A DNA stretch of 39,842 nucleotides from positions 1 through 39,842 of the forward strand of contig JAIRLK010000194.1 in assembly GCA_031259515.1 (NCBI GenBank), written 5' to 3'. Source of the stretch: Treponema sp. (GTDB lineage Bacteria; Spirochaetota; Spirochaetia; Treponematales; Breznakiellaceae). Position numbers and translations under genes: made by a program. Position 1 is the stretch's first letter, and each line of letters opens with the position of its first letter. Shown here piece by piece: positions 1 to 7,816 of this stretch. The notes beneath the pieces are model-generated. The model searched no databases, was not told the DNA's origin, and worked only from the letters and a program-made list of their open reading frames with translations.

Positions 1-435
1 GCCCTGCGGGACTTCGCCAACTCCTCTATCCGCTACAACAGGAAGATGACCGACGCGCAAAAGACCCACCTGGGCATCCGCATCAAAGACTCCACCCCCA
101 CAACAACCGGCATCCCCCAGACCCGGCCGGTCATCGCGGAAATACAGTCCCAGGGCGGCTTCCGCGAGCGGCTCCACTTCCACGACGAAGCCACCCCCGA
201 CAGCCGCGCCGTCCCCTACGGCTGCAACGGCTGTCTGGTCAACTACGCCTGGGGCCAGGAGCGCGTTACCGATTATAATGCCCTTACGAGCACAACGCTG
301 CTCACCCGCTCCCCGGAAACCATCACCCTGCCGTCCGAAGCGGAACGCGCCTGGTTCTCCTGCGCGGCCCGCTGGCAGAACGGCAAGGGCAAACTCGGCC
401 CCTGGAGCGATATTGTCCACGCGGTAGTCCTGTAA
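1..435 (+). CDS. hypothetical protein, C-terminal part (ORF open to the window edge)
   Basis: Frame 1 is open from nt 1 (ALRDFANSSIRYNRK precedes the listed Met at 46) to TAA at 433-435. Codon usage is high-GC like the neighbouring genes. I recognise no family by eye (it ends ...ARWQNGKGKLGPWSDIVHAVVL). Confidence 0.45.
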   Translation, partial: ALRDFANSSIRYNRKMTDAQKTHLGIRIKDSTPTTTGIPQTRPVIAEIQSQGGFRERLHFHDEATPDSRAVPYGCNGCLVNYAWGQERVTDYNALTSTTLLTRSPETITLPSEAERAWFSCAARWQNGKGKLGPWSDIVHAVVL

Positions 436-453
436 CCACAGTCGCCGGCGCCT

Positions 454-557
454 ATTGCTTGTCATCGCGGGCGCGGCGAAGTAATCCAGCGCGGCAAAAG
501 CGCGTCCGGATTGCTCAGGCGCAACGCGCCTGAGCAATGACGGCCTATGACAAGTAA
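454..557. repeat. nested palindromic element (outer arms ATTGCTTGTCAT / ATGACAAGTAA enclosing two internal hairpins)
   Basis: Outer arms at 454-465 and 547-557 are complementary with one mismatch. Inside them lie an AATCC...GGATT imperfect hairpin (about 483-511) and a perfect 12-bp stem, TTGCTCAGGCGC-AAC-GCGCCTGAGCAA (511-537). Confidence 0.6.
511..537. terminator. perfect 12-bp stem / 3-nt loop hairpin downstream of the edge ORF
   Basis: TTGCTCAGGCGC AAC GCGCCTGAGCAA was read directly. No adjacent T-run follows, so a terminator role is uncertain. Confidence 0.35.
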
Positions 558-599
558 CAACGAACAGATTTCCCCCGAAAACAAATGACGAGAAACCTC

Positions 600-628
600 T
601 TGACAAACCGGAAACTCCAGAATAGCAT
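600..628 (+). promoter_or_regulatory. sigma70-type promoter candidate for the sulfur operon
   Basis: TTGACA (600-605), a 17-nt spacer, then TAGCAT (623-628). A GGAGG Shine-Dalgarno at 660-664 precedes the ATG at 669. Confidence 0.45.
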
Positions 629-668
629 AGTAAAAAGATAGGAATTATATGATTGTTTTGGAGGAAGG

Positions 669-1532
669 ATGATGAACGTATTAAGAAGTGGATGGAAACA
701 ACCGGGGCTTCCCCTGGTCATGGTTTTCCTGATGGCCGCAACGCTGTATGCCGGCGGTGGTAAAGAAGCCGCCGCGCCGGGAACCGCTCCTATTGTGGTC
801 CGGGCCGCTACCGGCGGGATGCCCCGGCCGTTCACCTATGTAGATGAAAGCGGCAAGTTGGCGGGGCATAACATAGAGCTTGTTCAGGCGGTTTTTGAGC
901 GTCTGCCTCAGTACAAGCTGGAATTGGAGGTAACGGATTTCCCCTCCATTTTCGCGGGTCTTGACGCCGGACGTTACCAGGTTGGGGTGAATAACTTCGC
1001 GGAAAATGAGGAACGGAAGCAAAAATATATTTTTAGTGATCCGATTTTCAAAAACCGTTATGTGGCGGCGGTGGCGGCCTCAAATACCGCCCTGGGCAGT
1101 CAGGTCAAAACGCTCCGGGACCTGGCGGGGAAAACCACCGCCAATTCGGTGGGCATCAACGTGGCCACGGCCATAGAAAACTACAACAAGGCCAACCCCG
1201 AGGCGCAGATACTCCAGACCTATTCGGATGCGGACCTCCTGCTCATACTTCAGGAGGTTGAACAGGGTAAATGGGATTTTAACCTGATTGATAAACCCAT
1301 GTATGAGGTGTACCAGAAAGAATTCAACCTTGCCTTAAAGGGAATCGAACTCAGCGATGATGTTTCCGGCAATATTATGAGCACCCCTTTCAGCTATTTG
1401 ATCATCAGCCGGGGGAACGAACAGCTTGCGGCGGATATTAACCGGGCTCTCCGGGAAGTCATTCTTGACGGAACATCCAAAAGGATCAATGAAAAATACT
1501 TCGGGTCCGATTATTCGCCGGAAGTAAAGTAA
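669..1532 (+). CDS. amino-acid (cystine-type) ABC transporter substrate-binding protein, SBP family 3
   Basis: N-terminal signal peptide (GLPLVMVFLMAATLYAGGG). The body resembles polar amino-acid/cystine binding proteins (FliY/TcyA-like). It is followed by a matching permease and ATPase. Confidence 0.8.
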   Translation: MMNVLRSGWKQPGLPLVMVFLMAATLYAGGGKEAAAPGTAPIVVRAATGGMPRPFTYVDESGKLAGHNIELVQAVFERLPQYKLELEVTDFPSIFAGLDAGRYQVGVNNFAENEERKQKYIFSDPIFKNRYVAAVAASNTALGSQVKTLRDLAGKTTANSVGINVATAIENYNKANPEAQILQTYSDADLLLILQEVEQGKWDFNLIDKPMYEVYQKEFNLALKGIELSDDVSGNIMSTPFSYLIISRGNEQLAADINRALREVILDGTSKRINEKYFGSDYSPEVK

Positions 1533-1535
1533 TCC

Positions 1536-2279
1536 ATGTCCGACCTGTTTAACGCCGCCCTGGTTTTTACCCAGATCCCCAAGGTTTTACAGGCGCTCCC
1601 GGTAACCCTGTGGCTGACGATCCTATCCCTGATCTGCGGATTGGCCGTCGGCCTTGGGGTAGCGGTGGTGAGGATCAGCCGTATTCCGGTACTGCTGGAG
1701 CTGTGCAAGCTGTACGTATCAATAACCAGGGGTACGCCGGTTATTGTACAGCTCTACCTTACCTACTTTGGAATTCCCCTGATCCTCAGGTATGTAAATT
1801 ATTACAATGGGACCAATTTCAATATTAACTCGGTACCTCCCATTGTATTTGCCCTGATCGCCCTGTCCCTGAATCAGGGGGCCTACAGTTCCGAAACCAT
1901 CCGGGCCGCCATTTTATCGGTTGATAAGGGCCAGATAGAGGCGGCCCATTCCCTGGGGATGACTGCGGCCCAGCTTCTGCGGCGCATCGTCATCCCCCAG
2001 GCGTTTATCGTCGCCCTTCCGTCTTTGGGCAACTCACTGATCGCCCTCCTCAAGGAAACATCCCTGGCCTTTGTCTGTTCCGTGGTTGATATAACCGCCC
2101 GGGGCAAAATTCTCGCGGGGAACAGCTACCGTTTTTTTGAGTCTTACTGTTCCGTGGCGATCATTTATTGGGTACTGACGCTGATGGTGGAACAGGCTGT
2201 CCGGTACGCGGAAAAACGGCTCCGTGTACCTGATACCGCTCCGGCTCTTGCAAAAACCCTTCCTAAGGAAAGGTCATGA
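1536..2279 (+). CDS. polar amino-acid ABC transporter permease (His/Glu/Gln/Arg/cystine family)
   Basis: Multi-pass hydrophobic protein with the typical N-terminal region and an EAA-like loop (EAAHSLGMTAAQLLRRIVIPQA). There is a 3-nt gap to the SBP gene. Confidence 0.85.
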   Translation: MSDLFNAALVFTQIPKVLQALPVTLWLTILSLICGLAVGLGVAVVRISRIPVLLELCKLYVSITRGTPVIVQLYLTYFGIPLILRYVNYYNGTNFNINSVPPIVFALIALSLNQGAYSSETIRAAILSVDKGQIEAAHSLGMTAAQLLRRIVIPQAFIVALPSLGNSLIALLKETSLAFVCSVVDITARGKILAGNSYRFFESYCSVAIIYWVLTLMVEQAVRYAEKRLRVPDTAPALAKTLPKERS

Positions 2280-3034
2280 TTGACATTCAGCATCTAAGCA
2301 AAAAATTTAACGACAATATCGTACTTGAGGATCTGAGTCTGAAGATCAGCCGGGGAGATGTAGTGGCGGTTATCGGCCCTTCGGGGACAGGAAAATCTAC
2401 CCTTCTGCGGTGTATGAATCTGTTGGAACGTCCTGAACGGGGGAGTATCCGCATCGGCGATTTTTCCATGGACCTTAGGGATAAAACAAAATCCCGTGTT
2501 CTGGAACTGCGCCGGCGTACCGCAATGGTCTTTCAGCAATTCAACCTGTTCAAGCACAAGACCGCTCTGGAAAACGTGATGGAAGGTTTGATAACGGTAA
2601 AAAAAATACCTCTCCCCGAAGCGGAACGGATCGCACGGGAACAGTTGGATCTGGTGGGCTTAAGCGACCGGCTTGGGCATTACCCCCAGCATCTGTCCGG
2701 CGGGCAGCAACAGCGGGTGGCCATAGCACGGGCCCTGGCCATGAAGCCGGATGTGCTTCTGTTTGACGAGCCTACCAGCGCCCTGGACCCGGAACTTGTG
2801 GGAGAGGTGCTGGATACGATCCGCATAACCGCGGCAGCGGGATACACCATGGCGCTGGTGTCCCATGAAATGCAATTTGTCCGGACCGTGGCAAACCGGG
2901 TCATTTTTCTGGACGGCGGGAAAATCATTGAGGATGGAACCGCCGGCGAGGTGTTCCGCAATCCGAAAAATCAGCGGACACGGGAATTTCTCGCGAAAAT
3001 AAACCGGCTTTCTTCGCCGGATTATTCTATATAG
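2276..3034 (+). CDS. amino-acid ABC transporter ATP-binding protein (GlnQ/TcyC-like)
   Basis: Walker A GPSGTGKST, signature LSGGQQQRV and Walker B LLFDEPTSALD. The start overlaps the permease stop as ATGA. Confidence 0.9.
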   Translation: MIDIQHLSKKFNDNIVLEDLSLKISRGDVVAVIGPSGTGKSTLLRCMNLLERPERGSIRIGDFSMDLRDKTKSRVLELRRRTAMVFQQFNLFKHKTALENVMEGLITVKKIPLPEAERIAREQLDLVGLSDRLGHYPQHLSGGQQQRVAIARALAMKPDVLLFDEPTSALDPELVGEVLDTIRITAAAGYTMALVSHEMQFVRTVANRVIFLDGGKIIEDGTAGEVFRNPKNQRTREFLAKINRLSSPDYSI

Positions 3035-3043
3035 GAGCAAACA

Positions 3044-4042
3044 ATGAGTAAAGAAGAAGCGGCGTTTTGCAGCCTGGCGAATTACCGGGTAAATAAAATC
3101 GCGGTTTCCGAAAAGACCCACGAAATAACCGAAACCGGCGCCTTCCTTAGGCAGCCCAACCGGTTTACCACGCCTTTTGGAAACGGAGCGGGGGAACTCC
3201 CCGTAGAGGCGGGACGCTACCGCCTGATTGTTTCCCCCGGCTGCCCCTGGGCGCACCGGCAACTCATCGCCTTCAGCCTGCTCGGGTTGGAAAAGGCGGT
3301 CAGCATAGGGAAAGTGGGGCCCCGGACCGATAAGGGCTGGGAGTTTTCCCTGGACCCGGACGGAGTGGACCCGGTTCTGGGTATCCGGTATCTGTCCGAG
3401 GCCTACGCCAAAGCGGATCCGGATTATACCGGACGGGCCACGGTCCCGGCGGTGGTGGACATCGCCAGCGGTAAGGTGGTGAACAACGACTATTTCAAAC
3501 TGACCAATTACTGGGAAACCTTATGGGCCCCCTTTCACAAAGAAGGGGCGCCGGACCTGTATCCGGAGGAACTGCGGGGCGATATTGACGCCCTCAACGA
3601 GGTGTTGTTCCACGAGGTAAACAACGCCGTGTACAAGGCGGGGTTCGCCCAATCCCAGGTGGAATATGAGAAGGCCTATGACCTCCTCTTTAACCGGCTG
3701 GATATTCTTGAACAGCGGCTGTCCACCGGGCGGTATCTTTTTGGCAGCCGGATTACCGATTCGGACATCCGCCTCTGGGTAACGTTGGCCCGTTTTGACG
3801 CGGGCTACTATATGGCCTTCAAAACAAACCGGAACCGGCTGGTCGATTTCCCCAACCTGTGGAACTACGCCAAGGATCTGTACCAAAGTCCGGGTTTTGG
3901 GGAGACTACCGATTTTGAAACCATCAAGCGGGGGTATCAGTTAATTTCCAGCGCCGAGCGTAATCCTTTCAAGATTGTATCGGCGGGGCCGGATCAATCG
4001 GTGTGGTTTAACCGGCATGACCGGGAAAAATTCGCGTCGTAA
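3044..4042 (+). CDS. glutathionyl-hydroquinone reductase (Xi-class GST, YqjG/ECM4 family), copy 1
   Basis: Catalytic CPWAHR motif (SPGCPWAHRQLI). Similarity to E. coli YqjG runs over the full length, including GRYRL, TVPAVVD, NNAVYKAGFAQSQ, TDSDIRLWVTLARFD and NRNRL. Confidence 0.85.
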   Translation: MSKEEAAFCSLANYRVNKIAVSEKTHEITETGAFLRQPNRFTTPFGNGAGELPVEAGRYRLIVSPGCPWAHRQLIAFSLLGLEKAVSIGKVGPRTDKGWEFSLDPDGVDPVLGIRYLSEAYAKADPDYTGRATVPAVVDIASGKVVNNDYFKLTNYWETLWAPFHKEGAPDLYPEELRGDIDALNEVLFHEVNNAVYKAGFAQSQVEYEKAYDLLFNRLDILEQRLSTGRYLFGSRITDSDIRLWVTLARFDAGYYMAFKTNRNRLVDFPNLWNYAKDLYQSPGFGETTDFETIKRGYQLISSAERNPFKIVSAGPDQSVWFNRHDREKFAS

Positions 4043-4060
4043 TAGTAAGGAGGAGAACCT

Positions 4061-5029
4061 ATGGCATACAAAACCTGGTTTCAGGATGAAACCAACAACA
4101 TCAAAGGGGCCTTTATCAGGCAGCAGAACCGTTTTACCACGCCCTTTGGCACAGGCGAAGGGGAGTTGCCCGTGGAGGCGGGCCGTTACCGGCTCATCTG
4201 GTCAGCGGCCTGTCCCTGGGCCACCCGGCAGATGATAGTCCGGAGCCTTTTGGGGCTGGAGGAGGTTTTCAGCGTGGGGCTTGTGGACCCTATCCGTCCC
4301 CAAAAAGAGTACAGCGACTGGGCCTTTACCCTGGACCCTGACGGGGTGGACCCGGTATTGAAGGTAAAATATGTAAGCGACCTGTACCTGAAAACCGACC
4401 CGGCGTATACGGGCCGCTTTACGGTTCCCGCAATCGTGGACATTCCTTCAGGCACGGTGGTGAACAACGATTACTTCAACCTGAGCTATTACTGGGAAAC
4501 GGTCTGGCAGGATTTTCATAAACCCGGCGCGCCGGATCTGTTTCCCGAAGATCTGCGGGAAGACATCATAGCCCTGAACGGCGTCATCTTCCACGAGGTG
4601 AACAACGGGGTTTACAAGGCGGGGTTTGCCCGGACCCAGGAAGCCTATGAAGCGGCCTATTATACGGTCTTCAAGCGCCTTGACTGGCTCGACGGGCGGC
4701 TTTCCCAAAGCCGTTATCTTTTCGGCAGCCGGCTCACCGATTCGGACATACGCCTGTGGGTAACACTGGCCCGGTTTGACGCGGCCTACTACAACGCCTT
4801 CCGGGTCAACCGGAACCGGTTGATAGATTTCCCTAACCTCTGGGCATATTCCCGGGACCTGTATCAGATTCCCGCCTTCAGGGAGAACACCCATTTTGAT
4901 CACATCAAGGCCCACTACCATGTGTGCTGCGATCCGGGGAATATCTTCGGCATAATCCCCAAAGGGCCTGATCTTTCCCGGTGGGATACGCCTCACGGCA
5001 GGGAGAAGCTGGCCGCCCGTCCGGAATAA
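4061..5029 (+). CDS. glutathionyl-hydroquinone reductase (Xi-class GST, YqjG/ECM4 family), copy 2
   Basis: CPWATR motif and the same conserved blocks as copy 1 (GRYRLIWSAACPWATRQ, NNGVYKAGFARTQ, TDSDIRLWVTLARFD, HFDHIKAHY). Confidence 0.85.
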   Translation: MAYKTWFQDETNNIKGAFIRQQNRFTTPFGTGEGELPVEAGRYRLIWSAACPWATRQMIVRSLLGLEEVFSVGLVDPIRPQKEYSDWAFTLDPDGVDPVLKVKYVSDLYLKTDPAYTGRFTVPAIVDIPSGTVVNNDYFNLSYYWETVWQDFHKPGAPDLFPEDLREDIIALNGVIFHEVNNGVYKAGFARTQEAYEAAYYTVFKRLDWLDGRLSQSRYLFGSRLTDSDIRLWVTLARFDAAYYNAFRVNRNRLIDFPNLWAYSRDLYQIPAFRENTHFDHIKAHYHVCCDPGNIFGIIPKGPDLSRWDTPHGREKLAARPE

Positions 5030-5100
5030 CGGGGAGTCTATGGATGTAAGACGCCGCCTTGTTTGACAGGCGGACTAAATAAAGCGTATAGGAGTATAGT

Positions 5101-6136
5101 ATGAAGCGATGTATGGTAGCGGTCCTTTGTGTCCTGTTGATTCAGGGGATGAACCTTTCGGCGATAGGCGCCAAACAAGAGGCCGCCTCCGGGGGTTCCG
5201 CCTCCCGTGGTTCTATCGATGATTATGTCATTAAAGTAGGGATCGGCATTACCGCAGGTCTCTGTACGGCCCCCTTCTTCATTGCCGGCGAAAAGGGCTT
5301 TTACGGGGAAGAGGGGCTCAAGTATGAGGAGATCAAGATCGACGTGAATCAGACCCATCAGCTTCTGACCACCGGGCAGATTGACGTAACCAATTTCCTT
5401 TTGGCCGGGATGATTCAGCCTTTGGCCAACGGGCTGGATGTGAAAATCCCCCCTGGGGCTTCATACGGGCTGTATCAAGGTACTGGCCGATCCGGATTCC
5501 GGTATCAGGACCGCGGTGGATCTGCGGGGCAAGCGGATCGGGGTCAGCGGCTTGGGCGCTCCCCCGACGCTCATCGCCCAGCGGTATCTGGCGCGGCAGG
5601 GAATCAACGTGGGCCCCGACGGTGGCGAGGTGGAATGGGTGATCTTCGCGCCGGGCGATCTTCCCCTGGCGCTGGAACGCAAGCAGGTGGACGCCATTGC
5701 CCTTAACGATCCCGCCGCGTGGATTGTGGAGCAAAACGGCAAGGGCCGGGTGATCATCAACACCACGACCGATGATTACCTCAAGGATGAGATTTGCTGT
5801 GTGGTGGAAGCCTCAAGCCGGGTGTATAAAGACCATCCCGAAGCCCTGGCGAAATTTACCCGGGCCCTTCAGAAGGCCGTCCGGTATGTGCAGGAAAATC
5901 CCGAAGAAACCGCCCGGCTGATGGCAGAAAAGAACTACGTTGCCGGGGACCCCCAGGTGAACGCCCAGGTTCTCAAGACCTACACCTACCGCGCCTCGGT
6001 AAGCGGCGCACGGGAGGCAATTCTGCGGAACAGCCGGGACCTCCAGCAGATCGGCATCGTGGATCAATCGGTGGATGTGGAGGCCGTAACCAACAACGTC
6101 TTCACGGCCTTGCCGGGCGTTCCCGATTCCCTTTAA
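5101..6136 (+). pseudogene. NitT/TauT-type (SsuA/NMT1-like) ABC substrate-binding protein, interrupted by a +1 frameshift in a C6 run
   Basis: ORFs 5101..5706 (frame 1) and 5516..6136 (frame 2) are the two halves of one SBP. Removing one C from CCCCCC (5448-5453) gives continuous ...GLDVKIPLGLHTGCIKVLADPDSGIRTAVDLRGKRIGV... Confidence 0.75.
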
Positions 6137-6153
6137 GCATGAGGAGCAGTGTC

Positions 6154-7083
6154 ATGCCCGTAACCATTGCGCGGAACGCCGAAGAACTTATTGGAAACAC
6201 GCCTATCGTCAAACTGAACCGTCTGGCCCCCAAAGGCGGGGCCGACGTGTACGCCAAGCTGGAAAGTTTCAACATAGGGGGCAGCGTCAAAGACCGGATA
6301 GCTCTTAACATGATCCGTGCCGCCGAAGCGGAGGGGAAAATCAAGCCCGGCGACACCTTAATTGAAGTAACCAGCGGCAATACCGGCATAGGTCTGGCCC
6401 TGGTGGCGGCGGTGAAGGGGTACAAGCTCATCATCGTCATGGGGGATAACGTCAGCCTGGAACGCCGCCAGCTTGCCAGGGCTTACGGCGCCGAAGTAGT
6501 CATTGTAACCAGCGTGGGGGGTATCAAGCCGTCGTTTGACAAGGCGGCGGAACTGGTTGCCCAATACGGGTATTTCGAGGTGAAACAGTTTGAAAATCCC
6601 CATAACCCCGAGGCTCACCGGCTGACCACCGGGCCTGAAATTGTGGAAGCCTTTGACGGCAAAGTCCCCGACGCCTTTGTGGCGGGTATAGGCACCGGAG
6701 GAACCATCACCGGCGCGGGGGGGTATCTGAAAAAGCTCAGACCGGACATAAAGATTGTGGCGGTGGAACCCGACGCCTCTCCGGTATTAAGCGGCGGACA
6801 GCCGGGCCCCCACGCCATTCAGGGCATAGGCGCGGGAATCATCCCCCAAGTGCTGGATCGGGAGATCTACGACGAGATCATCCGCATCACCAACGACGAG
6901 GCCCTGAACTTTGCCCGGGATCTGGCGGCCCAGGAGGGGCTCCTTTTGGGCTATTCCTCCGCAGCGGCGATCCTCAGCGCTGTACGGGTGGCTGAACGCC
7001 TGGAGGCGGGCAAAACCGTACTTGCCATCGCCCCGGATACGGGGGAGCGGTATCTGTCCACTCCCCTATACCGGTTTGATTAA
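6154..7083 (+). CDS. cysK: cysteine synthase A (O-acetylserine sulfhydrylase)
   Basis: PLP-lysine motif GGSVKDR, plus TSGNTG and GIGTGGT loops, with full-length CysK-like sequence. AGGAG at 6142-6146 favours the ATG at 6154 over the ATG at 6139. Confidence 0.9.
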   Translation: MPVTIARNAEELIGNTPIVKLNRLAPKGGADVYAKLESFNIGGSVKDRIALNMIRAAEAEGKIKPGDTLIEVTSGNTGIGLALVAAVKGYKLIIVMGDNVSLERRQLARAYGAEVVIVTSVGGIKPSFDKAAELVAQYGYFEVKQFENPHNPEAHRLTTGPEIVEAFDGKVPDAFVAGIGTGGTITGAGGYLKKLRPDIKIVAVEPDASPVLSGGQPGPHAIQGIGAGIIPQVLDREIYDEIIRITNDEALNFARDLAAQEGLLLGYSSAAAILSAVRVAERLEAGKTVLAIAPDTGERYLSTPLYRFD

Positions 7084-7099
7084 GGGACTGTACAGCAGC

Positions 7100-7816
7100 A
7101 TGGACATCAAAACGATGGCGCCGGAACACCTTGAAGAGGCCGTTACCCTGCTGGTATCGGCCTTTCAGGACCGTCCCTTTTATCAGTACATAGCCCCCGA
7201 CCAGGTTGAACGGCGGGAATTTCTTACCCTCAACTTCCGCAACAGGCTGGAACACAGCCTGGGAGCCGGCGATATAGAGCTTGCCTTCCAGGACCGGCGG
7301 CTTACTGGCATTGCTGTCTGGTCGCCGCCGCTCAACGCCCCGCCGCCGGAAGATCATTCCCTGGAGGAGGCTTTTTCGGTTTTTTCTCCGGGCCTGCAAG
7401 AGCGGTTTTTTGGTTTTTTTCGCATCCTGATGGCCGCCCGGGATCAGACGATACGCCAGCCCTATTGGAGCCTGGCCCCTATCGCGGTCCTGCCGGAAGA
7501 ACAGGGCAAAGGGATCGCCTCGGCGCTGATACGGAAAAAGCTCCGGGAAATCGACGCCTCCCGAATAGCCTGCTTCCTGGGGACCCAGGACGCGGTCAAT
7601 CTGGATATCTACGCTCGCTACGGCTTCCAGAAAGTCCGGGAAGACCCCCTTGCGCCGGGCAGGTTCCATTACACCATGATCAGGCCAAAACAAGAGCGGG
7701 GCTGTTCCAAAACTTCAGTTTTGGAACAGCCCCTATTACCAACAAATTCAAAGTTTTTTGTCCCCCGTTCAGCAAACCAGCCCCCGCCATACGGCGGGGC
7801 TGGCTGCTACGATTGA
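7100..7816 (+). CDS. GNAT family N-acetyltransferase with a non-homologous C-terminal tail
   Basis: The acetyl-CoA motif A region is VLPEEQGKGIASALIRKKL. The start is taken at MDIKTMAPEH, just after the cysK stop. The last ~40 codons run through two hairpins and overlap the convergent Rpn gene. Confidence 0.7.
   Translation: MDIKTMAPEHLEEAVTLLVSAFQDRPFYQYIAPDQVERREFLTLNFRNRLEHSLGAGDIELAFQDRRLTGIAVWSPPLNAPPPEDHSLEEAFSVFSPGLQERFFGFFRILMAARDQTIRQPYWSLAPIAVLPEEQGKGIASALIRKKLREIDASRIACFLGTQDAVNLDIYARYGFQKVREDPLAPGRFHYTMIRPKQERGCSKTSVLEQPLLPTNSKFFVPRSANQPPPYGGAGCYD
7698..7733. terminator. perfect 16-bp stem / 4-nt loop hairpin
   Basis: GGGGCTGTTCCAAAAC TTCA GTTTTGGAACAGCCCC. It lies inside the tail of the GNAT ORF. 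A T-run (AGTTTTTTG) occurs only about 18 nt downstream. Confidence 0.45.
7777..7803 (-). terminator. GC-rich hairpin directly after the Rpn stop codon
   Basis: CCAGCCCCCGCC ATAC GGCGGGGCTGG with a one-C bulge. On the minus strand it starts 4 nt after the TAG (7807-7809) and is followed by TTTGCT. Confidence 0.5.

Noticed and set aside
5101-5706. Treating 5101..5706 and 5516..6136 as two separate overlapping genes.
   Set aside because: The C-terminal third of the first ORF is Gly/Arg-rich nonsense. The second ORF lacks a signal peptide and continues upstream in frame into good SBP sequence. A single C deletion joins them.
7698-7733. A CRISPR-repeat-like word (GTTTTGGAAC...GTTCCAAAAC), with a half copy GGCTGTTCCAAAAC at 16228-16241.
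   Set aside because: It is a single inverted pair forming one hairpin, with no spacer-repeat periodicity and no cas genes. A shared 14-mer is within chance expectation for a window of this size.
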